NCBI GenBank assembly: GCA_963806855.1
Contig: CAWDYW010000002.1
Location: 128,001-192,000, forward strand
Source of the DNA: an uncultured Verrucomicrobiae bacterium
Lineage (GTDB): Bacteria; Chlamydiota; Chlamydiia; Chlamydiales; Rhabdochlamydiaceae
Reading direction: 5' to 3'
Length of the DNA: 64,000 nucleotides
The notes below the pieces were generated by a model. The model was not told the DNA's origin, ran no database searches, and was given only the letters and a program-made list of their open reading frames with translations. The position numbers and the translations under genes were made by a program. This document shows, one piece after another, positions 60,993-64,000 of the stretch; within the stretch, counting starts at the first letter, position 1; each line of letters begins with the position of its first letter.

Positions 60993-61925
60993 TTACTTTT
61001 TTACTATTTGCTGCAATTGGATTACAAATCTATCGAGGTGCTGGTAGTTGTAATTTACTTTCATCAAATTGTTCAATTTTTCTGCATCTCTTAGAAATAA
61101 TATTTTATCTTTTTTATCGAATTTTCCATTTATAACCTCGATAATTTTCGGGATCAGAGAATTGGCGGCAGCGATAGCCGGTTCTCTAGATTTATCCAAC
61201 AACATTGACTTAACTTTCATTAACCGACCTTTTAGACCTGGATCCGTAATAAAATCAAGGCTCTGAAGTTCTCTAATTACAGTAAGCGCATGGCTAATAT
61301 CCTTCAAAGATAGTGTATCAGCATTTGCAATTAAAAACTCTAAAACCTTTTCAGCATCTTTTACAATAATTTCTGCATTAGCTTTGTTCAGATCAGCTTC
61401 GATTCTAATGATTTGTTGCTTCAATGGTTTGCTTTTAATTTCAATGTTAAGTTTTTTAAGCTCCTTTAGCATCTGAAACCCTTTGCCTGTCTCTTCAAGA
61501 GACATCTCTCCCTTTTGAATAATCGCTTTTACATCTTTTAATACTTGATGAGCTCTAGCTCTTTCTGGAGAACCTAGATTTGGCTGACTATTTTCATCAC
61601 TCACAGCAGGGGCTCGTTGAGCAACTGGCTGAGCTCTATTAGCCTGTTGGCGATCGCGCGGCATTGCTGCTGGAGCTCGATCTCCGACTACAAACGTATT
61701 TACTTTTGAAGCACTAGGAGCAGGCGTCTTGGAAACTCCCTTGCCACTTAAATCTTCCATTGTAGCTGATTGCCCCAAACTTGAAAAAAAGCGGGCAAGA
61801 GCTGCGAATAAAGAAAATAATCCGCTTAAAAATGAAAACCGTCCTTTACTCTCACTCGCTGGTGCAGTATGAGGAGAATGGGTACTATTTACGGTTCTAC
61901 TAGTATCAACTTTTACACCGAACAT
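60993..61925 (-). CDS. Hypothetical effector-like protein with helical repeats
   Basis: AAGGAG RBS before MFGVKV; Ser/Thr-rich N-terminus; module shared with 62956. Confidence 0.78.
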   Translation of the reverse strand: MFGVKVDTSRTVNSTHSPHTAPASESKGRFSFLSGLFSLFAALARFFSSLGQSATMEDLSGKGVSKTPAPSASKVNTFVVGDRAPAAMPRDRQQANRAQPVAQRAPAVSDENSQPNLGSPERARAHQVLKDVKAIIQKGEMSLEETGKGFQMLKELKKLNIEIKSKPLKQQIIRIEADLNKANAEIIVKDAEKVLEFLIANADTLSLKDISHALTVIRELQSLDFITDPGLKGRLMKVKSMLLDKSREPAIAAANSLIPKIIEVINGKFDKKDKILFLRDAEKLNNLMKVNYNYQHLDRFVIQLQQIVKK

Positions 61926-61932
61926 TTTACAC

Positions 61933-62079
61933 TCCTTTTTTTTATTCCTTAACATAATATTAACACAAACATAACTAATAGTCAAGTTTTTTTATGTTTT
62001 GTTAGTTTTAATTAAAGAAATAATATAAATTATATTTTATAGACTTATGATAGTAAGGCTGAGAACGTTGTGATTTTCC
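61933..62079 (-). promoter_or_regulatory. AT-rich promoter block, duplicated at 62540-62686
   Basis: TTGACT...TAATATTAT sigma70-like elements and RBS on the minus strand. Confidence 0.7.
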
Positions 62080-62118
62080 TGTCATTCGACAGAAGCCCTT
62101 AATAACCAAATAACTATA

Positions 62119-62158
62119 CCCCGCCCGGCCCAAAAGTGTGAATTTGGGCGGGACGGGG
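62119..62158. mobile_element. Minimal 40-bp relative of palindromic family A
   Basis: TATA-CCCCGCCCGGCCCAAAAGTGTGAATTTGGGCGGGACGGGG-TATA. Confidence 0.7.
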
Positions 62159-62227
62159 TATAATTCATTGATAAGCATGTGCATCCATCGAGTTAAGCCG
62201 CGGGCAGGGGTGAGTCCAGAAGAGTAT

Positions 62228-62530
62228 TTATGGGATGTTAGCCCAACCTGTGGGGTGGAGATTAAAACCCTGATTGTGGATGGCTACGGTCACTTCCGGA
62301 TTTTTTTTGGGAATCTTACTAAAGATCGATGTGATTAATTCCACACAAAAAATCCATTTGGCGAATTCTGAAATTGCCGTAATAAGGCTATCGAAAGTAG
62401 GGCTGTTTGCGCCGGATGTCCTATTGCTCCAAGTGCGACCATCACTATTAACACTCTTACCAAAATCAGCAACAAAAGGTAATGTAGAACTTGAATTTGG
62501 CGTGTGAAGAAGGCTGCTCATTTTAGTCAT
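62228..62530 (-). CDS. Short hypothetical protein, probably a truncated effector-like gene
   Basis: Same upstream block as 60993-61925; Ser/Thr-rich N-terminus and amphipathic helix. Confidence 0.5.
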   Translation of the reverse strand: MTKMSSLLHTPNSSSTLPFVADFGKSVNSDGRTWSNRTSGANSPTFDSLITAISEFAKWIFCVELITSIFSKIPKKNPEVTVAIHNQGFNLHPTGWANIP

Positions 62531-62539
62531 ATTTATTGC

Positions 62540-62686
62540 TCCTTTTTTATTCCTTAATACAATATTAACACGAATATAACTAATAGTCAAGTTTTTTATG
62601 TTTTTTTGGTTTTTATTAAAGAAAATAATATAAATTATATTTTATAGACTTATGTTAATAAGGCTGAGAATGTTGTGATTTTTTCC
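62540..62686 (-). promoter_or_regulatory. Second copy of the AT-rich promoter block
   Basis: Highly similar to 61933-62079. Confidence 0.7.
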
Positions 62687-62955
62687 AGCCGTTCGAAATT
62701 CCCAGCAAAAGCTTGCTAAAAATATCTTGAAAAGCTCGTCCGCTGTATCTTCAAACAGAGCGCTAGTAAAAAGGGGACATTTTTTATAGACCAAGAATGG
62801 TTGAAATCTCCTGGAAAAAGAAGAGCCAAGCGAGGAATGCCAAAAGTGTGAATGCCGAAATTTATGAGAGGGGGGCGAGTAATTGGCCCCTCAACTCATT
62901 AAAAATCTTCAGAATTGGACGTTATTATTCGGAGGATGAGTTCGTCATTTGGGCA

Positions 62956-64000
62956 TTAATATGTTGGTGCCGGTTTAATTTTGGGCATGATTAGTTCCCT
63001 AACCTTTGTTTCTAAGGATGGCAGACAGAATCCAACACTTGTTATTATTCCGTTTTCATTCATAATCTCTTTAAGGTCTTTAGCCAACTGAAGGAGTTCT
63101 TGTCCCTCTTCTAGTTTAGGATAATTTTCCTTCAAAAATTCCCGAATTTCATCAACTACGTTATTTGCTTCGTGTTGTAGTATAGTTAACAGTTTTAATT
63201 TTTGATCAGCGATCTTTTCTTTCAATGATGCGGCGAGGATCTCCAGATTAGACTCTTGAAGAGCTTCAATGGCTTTCATGCCTTCTCTAAGCTCGTCTTT
63301 ATTTAGTGCAGTTTTTGGTGCGAATTCAGAAATTAGCGTTTCAGCTTTCTTTACACTTGCTTCTGCTTTAGCTTTTGATTGTGTTTCTGCTTTTTTTACT
63401 AATCCTGCCATTGTGTCGATAATGTTTTTTATTGCGCGGATCTTCTTTAATAATAGAGCAGGTTGGGTTATTCCTGCTTCAAGTGTAAGTAGCTTAAGTT
63501 TAGCATTAATCTCCTCGAGATTTTTAATAATTCCGCGACCCTCAGTAATGAAATTTGAGATTGCTAATGGTTCTTTTTTTGAATATTGGTTTATGGACTC
63601 TGAGGCGCTTGCCAATGTTGCTGCTTTGCCTAATAATGCTAGTATTTCTTGCACTTTCGTTGCATCAGGAGCTGGTTGCGGGGCATCTGTCAATTTAGCA
63701 GGAGTCGCCAAGTCCAAGGATGCCAAGTTATCCAACCCTAGGGATTCTGACGAAGGAATTTGCCGCTGTGATTTGTTCTGAGTCTCTAAGTCTCCAGCCG
63801 ACGTTCGTTCTGCCAGTTCTCTGAAATTAAGGGGTGTTGGTTCAAGAATTTTTTGGGCCTCTTGTGAAGGTCCTGACTTAAGCTCAGATAGAGACTGCTC
63901 TTGCTCACCAGCGGGGGCAGCTTCGGTCTGCACTGTGACTCTTTCCTTTAAGCCCTTGGGTTCTGAATCTGAAAATAGGGCACAGAGGCACTCCCATAGA
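62956..64000 (-). CDS. Hypothetical helical protein, 5' end outside the window
   Basis: Frame open to the window edge; helical module similar to 60993. Confidence 0.75.
   Translation of the reverse strand, partial: LWECLCALFSDSEPKGLKERVTVQTEAAPAGEQEQSLSELKSGPSQEAQKILEPTPLNFRELAERTSAGDLETQNKSQRQIPSSESLGLDNLASLDLATPAKLTDAPQPAPDATKVQEILALLGKAATLASASESINQYSKKEPLAISNFITEGRGIIKNLEEINAKLKLLTLEAGITQPALLLKKIRAIKNIIDTMAGLVKKAETQSKAKAEASVKKAETLISEFAPKTALNKDELREGMKAIEALQESNLEILAASLKEKIADQKLKLLTILQHEANNVVDEIREFLKENYPKLEEGQELLQLAKDLKEIMNENGIITSVGFCLPSLETKVRELIMPKIKPAPTY

Noticed and set aside
62839..62853. GCCAAAAGTGTGAAT match to palindrome A
   Set aside because: Short match without a convincing second arm; may be chance or a heavily eroded copy.
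1..64000. Prophage, IS transposase, tRNA or rRNA genes
   Set aside because: No recognisable motifs by eye; a tRNAscan/Infernal run would be needed to exclude small RNAs.

Overview
Bacterial chromosome segment, almost certainly from an environmental member of the phylum Chlamydiae. The evidence is the chlamydial backbone order V-ATPase I/K, CT303-like lipoprotein, valS, pknD, double-length uvrA and pyk, here spread over about 61 kb by AT-rich accessory genes. These include F-box/LRR, BTB-like, U-box, OGFr and putative protease effectors, tandem paralog arrays, an RND pump and a eukaryote-type TrpRS. The most striking unexplained pattern is a series of short orphan copies of the 3' portions of neighbouring genes (ntpK, a DMT transporter, the OGFr gene, valS x3, pknD, uvrA). 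Each lies on the far side of accessory cargo and most differ from the working gene mainly at synonymous positions. This suggests repeated integrase-free gene capture that swaps in a foreign allele's 3' end and leaves the old end as a scar. Two families of palindromic miniature elements are also present, and one copy of each is translated inside a protein (a NUDIX C-tail and an OprM-like signal peptide). No rRNA, tRNA, CRISPR, integrase or transposase was seen. The dense frameshifts at about 56.1-60.4 kb (uvrA, pyk) look like sequencing or assembly error.
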